From Eledone cirrhosa (lineage: Eukaryota), in NCBI GenBank assembly GCA_964016885.1, contig OZ024743.1:357306001-357370000 (forward strand): DNA of 64,000 bases, in the 5' to 3' direction. Positions 26,241 through 39,160 of the stretch are shown here, in pieces; position 1 is the stretch's first letter; the number at the start of each line of letters is the position of its first letter. The translations under genes and the position numbers were made by a program. Under the pieces are notes generated by a model. It saw only the letters and a program-made list of their open reading frames with translations. It was not told the origin of the DNA and searched no databases.

Positions 26241-27467
26241 TATTATTACTATATATATATATATTTGATATATATATATATGTTTATATAATATATATAT
26301 GTGTGTATGTGCATGTATATATATATATATATATAGTGCTGCTGTTACTACAAAAGCAGCCAGTCCAACCTGTAAGGTGGTAGTGCTGGAGTCATGATAA
26401 AATGCTTCCAGTACATACTGTAAAGAGGTTGGTGTTAGGAAGGATGCTTGAGCAGAATCTACTTCCTTTGACCAGTCAGGCCTCAGCATGTGACAGTCAT
26501 CTAACCCATGCAAGCATGGAAAATAGATGTTAATGGTGATGATGATATATCAGTGAGATATCTTCAATGTGTATATAATTGTTTCTACTTTAGGCACAAG
26601 GCCAGCAATTTCCAGTGCATTACTGGTACTTTATTTTATCGACCCCGTAAGGATGAAAGGCAAAGTCAACCTATAATTGTAAATAGTAACTAGAGCAAGG
26701 CAGGCCAGCGTGTATAAAGTTGGCATGTTCTGTTCTGTTAGCTTTCAACAAATTGACAGAATCCTTAGAATACAGGAAACATGTCTTGCAGGATTTGTTT
26801 CAATTCTTTATACTCTGAGCTCAAATTTGACCAATGTCGTCTTTGCTTTTCATACTTTTGGGTTTGACAAAATAAAATAGCAGTCCAGAGTGGTTCATTG
26901 ACAACAGTGTTAGAGAATCAGACACCACCACATGTTATTTGGATACCTTCAGCAGAGTTTACTTTGTTGCCAGTATCAAGTGAGGTCTCCAGGTTGAGGA
27001 TATCTATTTCCCTCCTTCTCAACCACTAACATCTGAGGCCCTGAAAAAAGCCATAAGGCACTGTCCTTTCCTCCTTGGTTAAACAGTAAAATAAAATCCT
27101 AGTTTTTTTTACTGATTGAAGAGTTTAGAATTCCAAGAAATTCAAGAAGTATATATCTCTATATATCTAACTATCTATCTATGTACACACTAACACACAC
27201 ACACACATCTATCTATTTATATACCTATATATCTATATCTATCAATCTATTTATATCTATCTAGCTGTCTAATTATCTCTATATATATAGCAAACATCAC
27301 GGGCGCTCTATCTCAAAATTATTTTTGAAAAGCATTAGAAATGCGCAACCGGTAAAAACTTAAAACCAAAACTGAATACTAACCAATACTTATTACTAAT
27401 TTTTACTTATTCCTAATTAAACTATTTTTCACTGGGAACAATTTGTCAGCATTTTCTTTTCCTTTTA

Positions 27468-27514
<47 letters not shown>

Positions 27515-27695
27515 TTACGGTAAACATGTTGACTAATCGGGGTTGTGTATGTAACATACTGATGCAATTTGATTTAAGCACCCAACATCATATGTTTTCT
27601 TCCAAATATAATTTGTCAGCCCATAATGGAATATATGTACAATAAGTATAAATGTGAAGTTCGGTGTAGATGTTTAAAAATCCTTTATTTATAAA

Positions 27696-27775
27696 GCTGT
27701 AATATATATTTCAATGGCAATCAAGACTCATGATGGTTCAGTCATGCAACCAGTCACGCTACATCATCAGATAGC
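27696..27775 (-). ncRNA. Degenerate type I hammerhead with long stem II
   Basis: gcuau-CUGAUGA-...-GAAA-UAUAUA-UU-acagc. Confidence 0.5.
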
Positions 27776-27898
27776 ATGTATATATTGTAGCACCAACACT
27801 CAGATCCCATAATAGTGTGAAAGTAGAGGTTCTTTGCTTAAACTTTAATCTATACTAATAATAAATATTTGCTGTACAGGTTTATATATACATTCTTA

Positions 27899-28314
27899 TC
27901 ATCATCATCATCACCGTTTTATGTCCATTCTTCCACGCTAGCATGGGTTAAACGGGTTGTCCTGTTGTGGGCAGTGTCCAGCCGTCTGACCTTGTCTTGC
28001 TCATACGGGAACTGATTCTGGCTTGATTTCTACAGCTGGATGCCCTTCCTAACACCAACCTCATTTACAGTGAGTGCTGGGTGCTTTTTTTCCGTGGTGC
28101 CTACACGTCCACTTTACAGTGTCGGCTGGGTGCTTTTTTGCCGTGGCACCTCCATGACCACTTTGCAGTGGGAGAGGGTAGGGGCATATTGTCTATATGC
28201 TTCAGCTTCGGCTTGTACCCATGGGAAGTCGGGTCTTCTGTATTACTGCATGATGCTGAGGTCACGGTCGTGTGTCATTGCCTTTGAGAGGTGCAATTGG
28301 GTAAGGTCAGCTTC
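27899..28314 (-). mobile_element. RTE 3' end (5'-truncated copy)
   Basis: Reverse complement of 30387-30800. Confidence 0.85.
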
Positions 28315-28349
28315 TTATATATATATATATTTATTAAGATAACAGATTA

Positions 28350-28458
28350 AAGTTTAAGCAAAGAATCGCTGCTTTCACCCTTAGCAGGATCTTCTGAAAC
28401 TAACTAAGTTTCAGAAGATCCCGTTAAGGGTGAAAGCAGCGATTCTTTGCTTAAACTT
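28350..28458. ncRNA. Palindromic pair of type I hammerheads with variant core CAGAAGA (+ 28406-28458; - 28350-28401)
   Basis: aaguuu-CAGAAGA-uccc(guuaa)gggu-GAAA-gcag(cgauucu)uugc-UU-aaacuu; third copy at 36640-36690. Confidence 0.65.
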
Positions 28459-28675
28459 TAATCTGTTATTTTAATAAATATTTGCTCTACGGTTCTTATA
28501 TATTTGATATATATTTATCCTTATCGAGCCCTCTTTGGATTTTAGCCTTCAAATTTATTATTATTACTATATATATATATATATATATGAAAGACGTAAA
28601 ATATGAAAATTTTAAAAATTAAAAATTAACTTACTAAAATTTTCACTCCTGTACGCATATGTTGGTAAATATACT

Positions 28676-28758
<83 letters not shown>

Positions 28759-28831
28759 CAATCCTTATCGAGCCTTCTTCGGCTTTTGGTCTTCATAATT
28801 TTTATTACTATATATATATATGTGTGTGTAC

Positions 28832-30779
28832 AAGTCAGCAGCAGCGTAGTAAGTAAGGCAATCAAAGATATGAAGATGGGGAAGGCAACCGGTCCATCGG
28901 GTATAGCTGCTGAGATGATGAAGGCATCTGGGTCTGTAGGTCACACTATAACCACACATATTGTTAACCAGGTAATACTAGAAGGTGTCATACCAAAAGA
29001 TTGGTGCAGTAGCATAATTGTCAACTGCTACAAAGGTAAAGGTGATGCACTAGATAGAGGAAACTATAGAGGTATAAAGCTGATGGTCCAGGTCATGAAA
29101 ATAACAGAAAGAGTTATAGCACAGTTGATTAGGAACCGGGTGAAACTAGATGAGATGCAATTTGGGTTTGTACCAGGAAGAGGCACCACTAATGCCCTCT
29201 TCCTTGTGAGGCAGTTACAGGAAAAGTACCTAGCTAAAAGTAAGCCACTCTACCTGGCATTCGTCGATCTCGAGAAAGCCTTTGACAGAGTTCCACGTGC
29301 TGTAATCTGGTGGGCTCTTAGAAAACTAGGAGTAGATGAATGGCTTGTGAAAGCTGTACAAGCCATGTATAGGGGAGCAGTCAAAGTTAGGATTAGCAAT
29401 GAGTATAGCGAGGAATTTAGCGTACAGGTTGGTGTCCACCAGGGCTCTGTTCTTAGCTCTCTCCTGCTCATCATAGTCCTGCAGGCAATAACGGAGGTGT
29501 TTAAGACCGGATGCCCATGGGAACTCCTGTATGCAGATGACCTCGCACTTATAGCTGAATCTATGGTAGAACTAGAGAAGAAATTACAAACTTGGAAGCA
29601 GGGACTAGAAAGAAAGGGTCTCAAAGTCAACATGACAAAGACTAAGGTCCTTGTAAGTAGACGAGAAAACAGAACCCAGATCCCCTCAAGGAAATGGCCT
29701 TGCTCAGTATGTAGGAAAGGTGTAGGTAAGAACTCCATTCTCTGCCCAAATGCAAACAATGGGTACACAAGAGATGTAGTGGGATCTCAGGAAGCTTAAT
29801 TAAGAATGTAGGCTTCACATGTAGCAGCTGTGCTGGGACAGCAAGCAGCAAACAGCCACAGGAAACAAGTACCACCAATCTCTGGGAAGGTTCTGTAGAA
29901 ACAGTAGACAGCTTCTGCTACCTAGGTGACCGAATTAGCAGCGGAGGTGGGTGTTCAGAAAGTACAATAACTAGGGTAAGAACGGGATAGAAGAAGTTCA
30001 GGGAACTACTGCCACTGCGAGCTGCAAAAGGCTTCTCCCTCAAAATGAAAGGCAGACTGTATGATGCGTGTATCCAAACAGCAATGTTACATGGTAGTGA
30101 GACCTGGGCGCTGAAGGTGGAAGACTTACGTAGATTAGAAAGAAACGAAGCCTGCATGTTCCGATGGATGTTTAATAGTACTATACGCGAATGGCAAAGC
30201 ATAAATGAATTGAGAGAGAGACTGAGCATAAGAGGAATCAAATGCTGTGTGCAGGAGAGGCGGTTGCGTTGGTATGGACATGTGATGCGTATGAAGGATG
30301 ACAGCTGCATAAAAAGGTGCAGAGCACTAGAAGTAAATGGAAACCGCGGAGTGGGGAGATCCAAGAAGACCTGGGATGAGGTGATAAAAGCCGACCGTAC
30401 CCAATTACACCTCTCAAAGGCGATGACACACGACTGAGACCTCTGGCGTTACGCAGTAATACAGAGTACCCGACCTCCCATGGGTACAAGCTGAAGCATA
30501 TAGACAATATGCGCCCACACCCTCCCACTGCAAAGTGGTCGTGGAGGTGCCACGCCAAAAAAGCACCCAGACCACACTGTAAAGTGGACGTGTAGGCGCC
30601 ACGAAAAAGCACCCAGCACTCACTGTAAATGAGGTTGGTGTTAGGAAGGGCATCCAGCTGTAGACATCAAGCCAAAATCAGTTCCTGTATGAGCAAGGCA
30701 TGGTCAGCCGACCAGACACTGCCCACAACAGGACAACCCGTCCAACCCATGCTAGTATGGAAGAATGGACGTAAAACGG

Positions 30780-30809
<30 letters not shown>
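28832..30809 (+). mobile_element. 5'-truncated RTE-clade LINE (RT pseudogene, 3' UTR, (GAT)n tail)
   Basis: QFGFVPGRGTT, FVDLEKAFD, GVHQGSVLS, LLYADD, RLRWYGHVMR; frameshift near 29750 and a stop near 29988. Confidence 0.95.
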
Positions 30810-30810
<1 letters not shown>

Positions 30811-31169
30811 ACACACATGTAATCATCATTATTTTATGCCCATTTTCCAAGCTGGCATGTGTTGGACAGGTTGTCATTGTCCGTGAACATTGCCTTACTA
30901 ATACATTCCATTTTGGGTGTTGTTTCTATAGCCAACCATTTTACAGTGTGTACTGGGTGCTTTTTATTGTAGCACCAACATCACTACTTTCTTAAGTGTA
31001 CTGAGCGTATTTTATCATTGCACCATTACTAGTGAGGTTGTCTTCATTCAAGTGTTGGGGGCAGTAATAGGAAGGAGGGCTGGGAGTATGATAGGAAGGC
31101 ACTGGAAGGGACAATAGTAGCTTATTGTTTGTTACTCAAAGAGAGAAATTGACAGGAAGATATAGAGAG

Positions 31170-32290
31170 TGAGAGAGATAACATATATTGGGTGATTGAT
31201 GTTTCTAACACATTTTCCCCCAACAACATCTCAATTTACACTAACATACTGCCTTGCAATGCAAAACACTTCATGTCTCTGGTCCTCACGTCTCAAGACA
31301 TTGTCAAACTTTCTTTTTTCAGCTTCTCTCTGAGCTGTGTATACCTGCCCGTCGTGTAGCTTCTCTCTTAGCTACCTGATACTGGTCTTTGCTGCCCCCA
31401 TTTTTCCAGTCTTTCCATGCCTGTCTCTTGGCTTTAATGGCTCTATCCATTGTGCTGTTCCACCGCTAGATCACCCTCTCTCTGACTGGTGCTTTACTCT
31501 AGCCACAACTCTCTTCAATATTTTGAAAAAGGTTGTCCCGTAGAAATTTCCAGTTGTCCTCTAGGTTATATGTACCTATCTGATCACCTCTCTCATTTAC
31601 TGCATCATGTAGGGCTTTTCTAAACTTATATTATATACTGAGAGGCCCTTTAGCTTCCAAACCCTCCATCTCCATATTTTCCTGCATATCTTGTTCTATG
31701 TTGTGTTTATTTCATGTCACTAATAACTTGTGTTGGGCGGTGTGAAGGGAAGGCCTTACTGTTCATTACAGTGCATTAATCTCATTGTCTTACAAGTAAG
31801 TAATCAATTTGACTTGTGTGTTCACCTGATTGATATGAAATCAGGTAGCTGGCTGGTTTCTTGAAATTTGTGTTGCAAATGGTTAGTCCATTCACATCAC
31901 AGAATTCCAGGAGCCTCAATCCCCCTTCATTTCTTGAGCTATAACCATAGCCATCGTGAACACAGAATCCATCCTGGTACTGTCCCACATGTCCATTGAA
32001 GTGCCTTCCAGGATGATGAGTCTCTTTCATCAGTACCTGAAGTTTTCTGTAAAAGTTCCTCATAGAACCTGTCTTTTTGGTCTTTACTTGGTCCTTCCTG
32101 TCTGTGGAGCATAGATAGATGTAATTGTCACCATTTTATTTCCTACTGCTAATTTAAGCTTGAAAATTCTGTCACTTACTCTAATTACTTCTATCATCTT
32201 ATCTATCCATTTCTCAGCTGGTAGTATGCCTACATCTCCGACCCAATCGTAATTTTCTACTTAGTAGAGTTTATATCTCTGAGAGTTTAT
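31170..32290 (-). pseudogene. RTE LINE remnant (APE endonuclease region)
   Basis: FNGHVG..GYGYSSRNEGGLRLLEFC..NTNFKK..SQIDYLL; 5' UTR-like ~72-bp subrepeats at 32470-32670. Confidence 0.75.
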
Positions 32291-33257
32291 AGCCCTGTAT
32301 ACACAATTAAAGAGAATCATATTTGTCATTCTTGTCATATTTTTGGCAGGGTTTTTCGGGCTGGATGCCCTACCTATCACCAACCACTTTACAGCATGGA
32401 CTGAGGGCATTATTCGTGTCACCAGTACTAGAGAGGTTGTCTTACTGGACTAAAGAGTCCTCTCTACTCGATATCAGTTTTTATTTGGAGTGTCTACTCT
32501 CCTAGATAGGTTGCTTTCACTATGGCTTATGGAGTCCTCGTCTTCCCCGTACAGTTGATTGTAATCGGAGTCACTGCCCTCCTAGATGGCTTACCTTCAC
32601 TATGGGTTACGGAGTCCATGTCCTCCCCATAGTCGTTTTTAATTGAAGTCACTGCCCTCCTAGATGTGTGCCTTTTCTATTTTTGAATGCCTTTCCTATC
32701 ACCAACCACTTTACATGGTGTACTGGATGGATTTATCATGTAGGTCACCGACAATAGAGGTTGTTATGATGTTACAATGGAAGATTACTCTTAATCATTT
32801 TTGGCATGGTTTCTACAGCTGGATGCCATTCCTATGACCAACCACCTTAAAGGATGTGCTGGGTTTGTGACTAATTTGTTTCTCATATCTTCAGACTTGA
32901 TCCTACCATGTGGCCCCATGGACTGACTAATGTTTTGTGAATGAAATTCATAGAAGGAAATTAGAAGCTCATTACATAAATGAGTGTGTGTGTGTGAGTG
33001 TGTGCACCTACGTTTGTGTGTGTATGCATTTGTGTGTTTTTGAGAATGTGTGTATGCATATATACATAATTTTATGTGTGTGCGTCTGTATCTTTGTCTT
33101 AAATTAACACCACTTGGGCAGCAGGTTACATCTGATTATGTCCTACATAAACAATATGTTTTCAACTAAGTGGTTTGATATGTTTCCCTACTTAAAAACA
33201 ACTAAGGTTTGTCCCCAGGAAAAGTATCTGACTGTAGAATATAACCTCCAAAGTAAA

Positions 33258-33443
33258 ATAATTGTTTCTACTATTGGCACAAGGCCAGAAATTACCCAGT
33301 ACATTACTGGTACTTTATTTTATCGACCCCGTAAGGATGAAAGGCAAAGTTAACCTCGGCGAGATTTGAACTCAGAATGGCAAGGGCCGTAACTCTATGC
33401 GTCAAAGCATGGCGTCCGACCCTCTACCGATACTGCCAATCCA
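33258..33443 (-). mobile_element. tRNA-derived SINE copy
   Basis: Full consensus. Confidence 0.85.
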
Positions 33444-33639
33444 ATAGCTTGGAAACAGTGAAGGCATCCCAGTAAAAAAAATAGTATACAACGAACCTTA
33501 AAGGATGCTTGTGCTATCTGATAGATCACTCTAACCTGAATCTTCTTGGTCTGGATTGGATAAAATCACTCCAAAGTTTTGATCATCCACTGAACTGCAA
33601 CCAAATTGAGGCGACTTCCACCAGCCATTTAGAAGCTAA

Positions 33640-33950
33640 TTATGGAAGCATCCAACACTGTTCATAATAGATCTCAGTCTCACCACAGAACTTGGCCTCT
33701 GCACCAAATTTAAAGCTGAAATTGACATTACACATGGCTGCTGAACAAGAACTGGCATGTCTCGAGCAGGCTGGTGTCATTACACCAATCAATTATTATG
33801 CCTGGATGGCACTAATTGTTGTGATCAAGAAACTTAATGGCTGAATCAGACTTTGTGCTGAGTTTTCAACTAGGCTGAACACTGCACTTCAACAGTATCA
33901 GTATCTGCTTCCTGACCCCTGATGATCTGTTTACCAAACTCAACAGAGTC
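33640..33950 (+). pseudogene. Ty3/Gypsy reverse transcriptase relic
   Basis: LEQAGVITPINY.AWMALIVVIKK.NG*IRLCAEFSTRLNTALQQYQY..DDLFTKLN. Confidence 0.7.
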
Positions 33951-34325
33951 ATGTAGTTTACCAAACTATCTTTTTCAAAAATGGAGTCTTCCTCTGTCCC
34001 ACCTAGCCTATGACAGCACGGAAAGATGGATGCACCTCTGCTGTGTACTGCCAGATATCGGTGGTGCACTCCCTTTCTTCAAGACTACTAATACGATTCA
34101 ACATTCACATTTCTGATTCCTCTACTTCATCTAATCATACCAGCATGGATAGATAGATGCCCCCTACAATATATTGTCATATATCACTCTCTCTCTCTTT
34201 AAGGCCACCTCTCTCACTTAGTTCCACCCTCAGCAAGCAGCATGTAGTTGCCCACTGCTCTCCCCCCTGCTATCATTGCCTTTCCAACCTGGGCGAGGAT
34301 TACACAACAAACATTCTAATGTTGA

Positions 34326-35601
34326 AAAGTGGTAGTGCTAGTGCCATAATAAAATGCACCCATTCCACTCTGTAAAGTGGTAGTGCTAGTGCCATAATAA
34401 AATGCACCCATTCCACTCTGTAAAGTGGTAGTGCTAGTGTCATAATAAAATGCACCCATTCCACTCTGTAAAGTGGTAGTGCTAGTGCCATAATAAAATG
34501 CACCCATTCCACTCTGTAAAGTGGTAGTGCTAGTGCCATAATAAAATGCACCCATTCCACTCTGTAAAGTGGTAGTGCTAGTGCCATAATAAAATGCACC
34601 CATTCCACTCTGTAAAGTGGTAGTGCTAGTGCCATAATAAAATGCACCCATTCCACTCTGTAAAGTGGTAGTGCTAGTGCCATAATAAAATGCACCCATT
34701 CCACTCTGTAAAGTGGTAGTGCTAGTGCCATAATAAAATGCACCCATTCCACTCTGTAAAGTGGTAGTGCTAGTGCCATAATAAAATGTACCCATTCCAC
34801 TCTGTAAAGTGGTAGTGCTAGTGCCATAATAAAATGCACCCATTCCACTCTGTAAAGTGGTAGTGCTAGTGTCATAATAAAATGCACCCATTCCACTCTG
34901 TAAAGTGGTAGTGCTAGTGCCATAATAAAATGCACCCATTCCACTCTGTAAAGTGGTAGTGCTAGTGCCATAATAAAATGCACCCATTCCACTCTGTAAA
35001 GTGGTAGTGCTAGTGCCATAACAAAATGCACCCATTCCACTCTGTAAAGTGGTAGTGCTAGTGCCATAATAAAATGCACCCATTCCACTCTGTAAAGTGG
35101 TAGTGCTAGTACCATAATAAAATGCACCCATTCCACTCTGTAAAGTGGTAGTGCTAGTGCCATAATAAAATGCACCCATTCCACTCTGTAAAGTGGTAGT
35201 GCTAGTGCCATAATAAAATGCACCCATTCCACTCTGTAAAGTGGTAGTGCTAGTGCCATAATAAAATGCACCCATTCCACTCTGTAAAGTGGTAGTGCTA
35301 GTGCCATAATAAAATGCACCCATTCCACTCTGTAAAGTGGTAGTGCTAGTGCCATAATAAAATGCACCCATTCCACTCTGTAAAGTGGTAGTGCTAGTGC
35401 CATAATAAAATGCACCCATTCCACTCTGTAAAGTGGTAGTGCTAGTGCCATAATAAAATGCACCCATTCCACTCTGTAAAGTGGTAGTGCTAGTGCCATA
35501 ATAAAATGCACCCATTCCACTCTGTAAAGTGGTAGTGCTAGTGCCATAATAAAATGCACCCATTCCACTCTGTAAAGTGGTAGTGCTAGTGCCATAATAA
35601 A
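34326..35601. repeat. 48-bp minisatellite, about 26.5 near-identical units
   Basis: Unit AAAGTGGTAGTGCTAGTGCCATAATAAAATGCACCCATTCCACTCTGT; followed by the rest of an RTE 3' end to about 35830. Confidence 0.95.
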
Positions 35602-36140
35602 AAGCATCCAGTCCAATTTGTCACCTGGTAGTATTGGTGCTACAATAAAATGCACCCAGTACACACTATGAAGTAGTTAGTGTTGGTAAAGTCATCCGGC
35701 AGTAGAAACTAAGCCAAAAATGGAAAATTTGAGTGGGATTCAGTCATCTGACAAGTCTTGCCTCAGAACATGATAACTTAGCTAACTTATGTAAGCATAG
35801 AAAAGAGATCTGGAATGGCGATGATGATGTTGAGGAAACCACATATGACAAGACTCAATATTAAATAATAACATGGTTGCAACAGAGACAGGATGGAAAC
35901 AGTTAGAACATCACTTGTTCTATAAAGCCCAACACACCATATTTGTTGTATCTATAAAATAAACTGTTCAATGCAATAGCCAAAACTTAAACAAATTTCA
36001 CACTCTCTTTTAAATGAGAACCACATGATTGTGTCCATAATTACCATAACAGAGACAAGATGACCACTTAGGAAACTACTTGATATTATTGAGTATTTCC
36101 AAATTCTTACAGTCACCCACCCCCGCCACCATCACACTCA

Positions 36141-36533
36141 TCTATATATCTAAAACAGAGAACATCTGTCTGCCTGTATGACTCCCTAAAACTCAAGAAC
36201 CACCCAACCGATTGTTTTCAAACTTTACACATGCAATACTTATGGTCCTGTGAGTGTTTTGAGCAAAACATATTTCAAATTTTCAATGCCCTAGGGACCG
36301 CATTAGGCGATTTAGAGATCTCTCTCTATAATTCTTAGTCTTTCTTTTTAGATAGATACATAGATATAACGTTGCGCCCTTATAATATCTGTCTGTATGT
36401 CTCGCTGTCTGCATTACGATATTATGACGCTGTGTGTGTGTGTGTGTGTGTGTATATGCATATATAGTGTGTGTATATATATATATATATAGTGTGTAAC
36501 GTTTTTCGAAATTGTGTGTATATATGTATATAT

Positions 36534-36565
<32 letters not shown>

Positions 36566-38356
36566 GTGTGTGTATATATATATATAGTGTGTAACGTTTT
36601 TCGAAATATTTACTTCTGCGTTCACAGATTGATTCTTTTAGTTTCAGAAGATCCCGTTAAGGGTGAAAGCAGCGATTCTTTGCTTAATCTTTAATCTGTT
36701 ATTTTAATATATATATATATATATACTAGCAGAGGTACCCGGTGTTGCTCGGATATTAAATAGCAGTTGTGTATACCATTTATGTCAACACTTCAGTGCT
36801 GCTTCGAAAACTATACTTTTACAAAATCATCAGCTTTTTCCAAAAGGGAGTTCCTACCCCCAGGGGTCCCCTACCCAACATGTGCCAATTCTGAGAGTTC
36901 ACATTCATCTGTAGGACAAACGTAGCCCATGTGTCAAGTTTTGTGAAAATCAGTTGCGAACTCCAGAAGTTATGATGTTTTGTAGCATTGCACTGCAGTG
37001 CTTCAGTCGACTCCAAGGAAGTGGTTAAAGTGGTTAAAGGGGTTATCTGCCGGGGGGCCCTATAATCAATATCTTGAAAAATGACAGTGCCCATGACCAT
37101 CTGGAGTACATGAGTAACCTATGTCTTAAGTTTGGTGAAAATATTGTAGAAATGCATAAGGTTTATACATACGCGCGTGCGTTCGTGTGTGTGTGTGTGG
37201 GTGGGTGTGTATGTATTTGTGTGTGCGTATGTATGTGTATGTCCGTCTGGGCATACGTATGTACTGGCCTAAATCTTCACTATTTACTTTTACTATTTTA
37301 ATAACCTCTGTCATTTTCGTTTTCAATTTTATTTACATCATTCTTAAACTCCGGGGCTGGAAACCATTCTGTTATTTTAAATAGAATATTAGTCTAATGA
37401 CTCCATTTATACCATAAACTTGGTCTTGTCTTTGCATGAAATTGTTCTTCACGCTCCACATAACGACGTATTATCCTCGCTTTTTTCCCGTTCATTACCA
37501 GGGAACATCTTCACGAACCAAAATATCGTCTTCCTATTTTCGTTCGGTTGTAACGTTTCTCGAAATATTTACTTCTGCGTTCACAGATTACTCTCAGTTC
37601 AATTTGAATGAGAAATTCCTGTTTCATCGATTTTCTCCGTAACCATGGAAGCTTGTAGCTTGAAAGTAGACCCGACGCCTCCCTGGGTCATTCTACCAAG
37701 CCGTTTCGAAGTTTATCCGACTACACCTACATATACAACGTCCGACACTTCCAATTTATATAGTAGATTTGTTTATATATGAATGACAAAAAGAAAAGTA
37801 CAAAACTATACATGAATTGTTTCTACTAAACCTTCAATTTAAGACACAACCTACATATTTGATAGGACTCCAGCTCACACCTTCTTCTTCTTCTTCTTCT
37901 TCTTCTTCTTCTTCTTCTTCTTCTTTTGCTCCCCCTGGAACATTGGGCTGCGAGCCACCCCCCACACAACGCTATGTTCTGAGTCTGCTTTTCAACTCCA
38001 CCGTGATGCACGGTGCGTCATGGTGTATCTAACCATTTTTTTAGGTCTCACTACGGCTGATTTCTTCCAGAGAGAAAGAAAGAGATGGAATAGGGCAGAG
38101 AAGATTCATCCCCGAAGGAATAATAAAAAATGTTTACACTGCACATTTCATTTTTTTCAAAGCTAAAGCTGCCGATCCAAAATCAGTAATTCAACTCCCT
38201 GAAAACTTTCAAATATATGCTGTTCTAGCATGAATATTATGCTAAGGGGCAGCTGTCCACAAAGTAAGATTTACTTGCATATCCCCGGTCATATAAACAC
38301 ATAAAAACATGCATACATACATTACAGTTGATATTTTTTTTTATTAAAGCGTTTTC

Positions 38357-38394
<38 letters not shown>

Positions 38395-38688
38395 CGAAAC
38401 ATAAGTCAATTGCATGAACTCATAATCCTTTATTTACTGCTTTATTTCTATGAAATTGTAAATAAGACAAAAGTATTAGAACAGGGGGAAATAACTCACC
38501 AAATGCGATAGTAAATAGACCGTTTTGGGGCCCCAGGGACCACATTTTTCAAGTTAGAGATTTGAAACCTCATCTATTTGCTTCCTTGGCACTTTTCATA
38601 TAGGTGTGTAAATTTTCATGTCCGTCCGACCATGTCTACTACCATTTAACCCTGCACAACTGAATTTCAACCACTACCCATTTCACAA

Positions 38689-38725
<37 letters not shown>

Positions 38726-38853
38726 GTGTACAGATATTTTTGCATACACAATAACAAAATATAAACAAACGTATTTATTTCACGAGGCTCGATAAGGATA
38801 AATATATAAGAACCCTAGAGCAAATCCCGAGCAACGCCGGGCCATTCTGCTAG
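36141..38853 (+). mobile_element. Non-autonomous Helitron (outer)
   Basis: A|TCTATATATCTAAAAC start; cccgagcaacgccggg hairpin then CTAG|T end; pairing of the two ends is inferred. Confidence 0.65.
36726..37767 (-). mobile_element. Non-autonomous Helitron (inner, nested)
   Basis: Minus strand A|TCTACTATATAAA ... ccgagcaacaccggg hairpin, CTAG|T. Confidence 0.75.
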
Positions 38854-39049
38854 TATACAATAAAATAGACTTACAGCAACATACAAGAAATTCTGTAAAC
38901 AATATGGAAGATATATTTAGAAAGTCTCGTGTAATGATGATAACAATCTATTTAGTAATTTTCTATTGGTTAATAATTAGTAACAAATGTGATAATATCT
39001 ATCTAGAAATTATTTAGAATATCAAGCTAGCATAATGTTGTCTGTAAAT

Positions 39050-39160
39050 GCAAGCATAGCTGAGTGGGTAGACATGTTTGTTTGACAATCATGAAGTCCT
39101 AGGTTCAATTCCCTTCAAATTGCTGGCTTTGTGCCAAAAGTAGAAATAATAATTATTATT
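39050..39160 (+). mobile_element. Short tRNA-head SINE joined to the common SINE tail
   Basis: TAGCTGAGTGG box A and GGTTCAATTCC box B, then aaattgctggctttgtgccaaaagtagaaa. Confidence 0.55.

Noticed and set aside
34300-35664. 454-aa and 415-aa ORFs, or a CRISPR-like array
   Set aside because: Pure 48-bp tandem repeat with no unique spacers and no cas genes; the ORFs are by-products of a stop-free unit
39050-39113. tRNA gene
   Set aside because: No closed cloverleaf acceptor stem, and fused to a SINE tail
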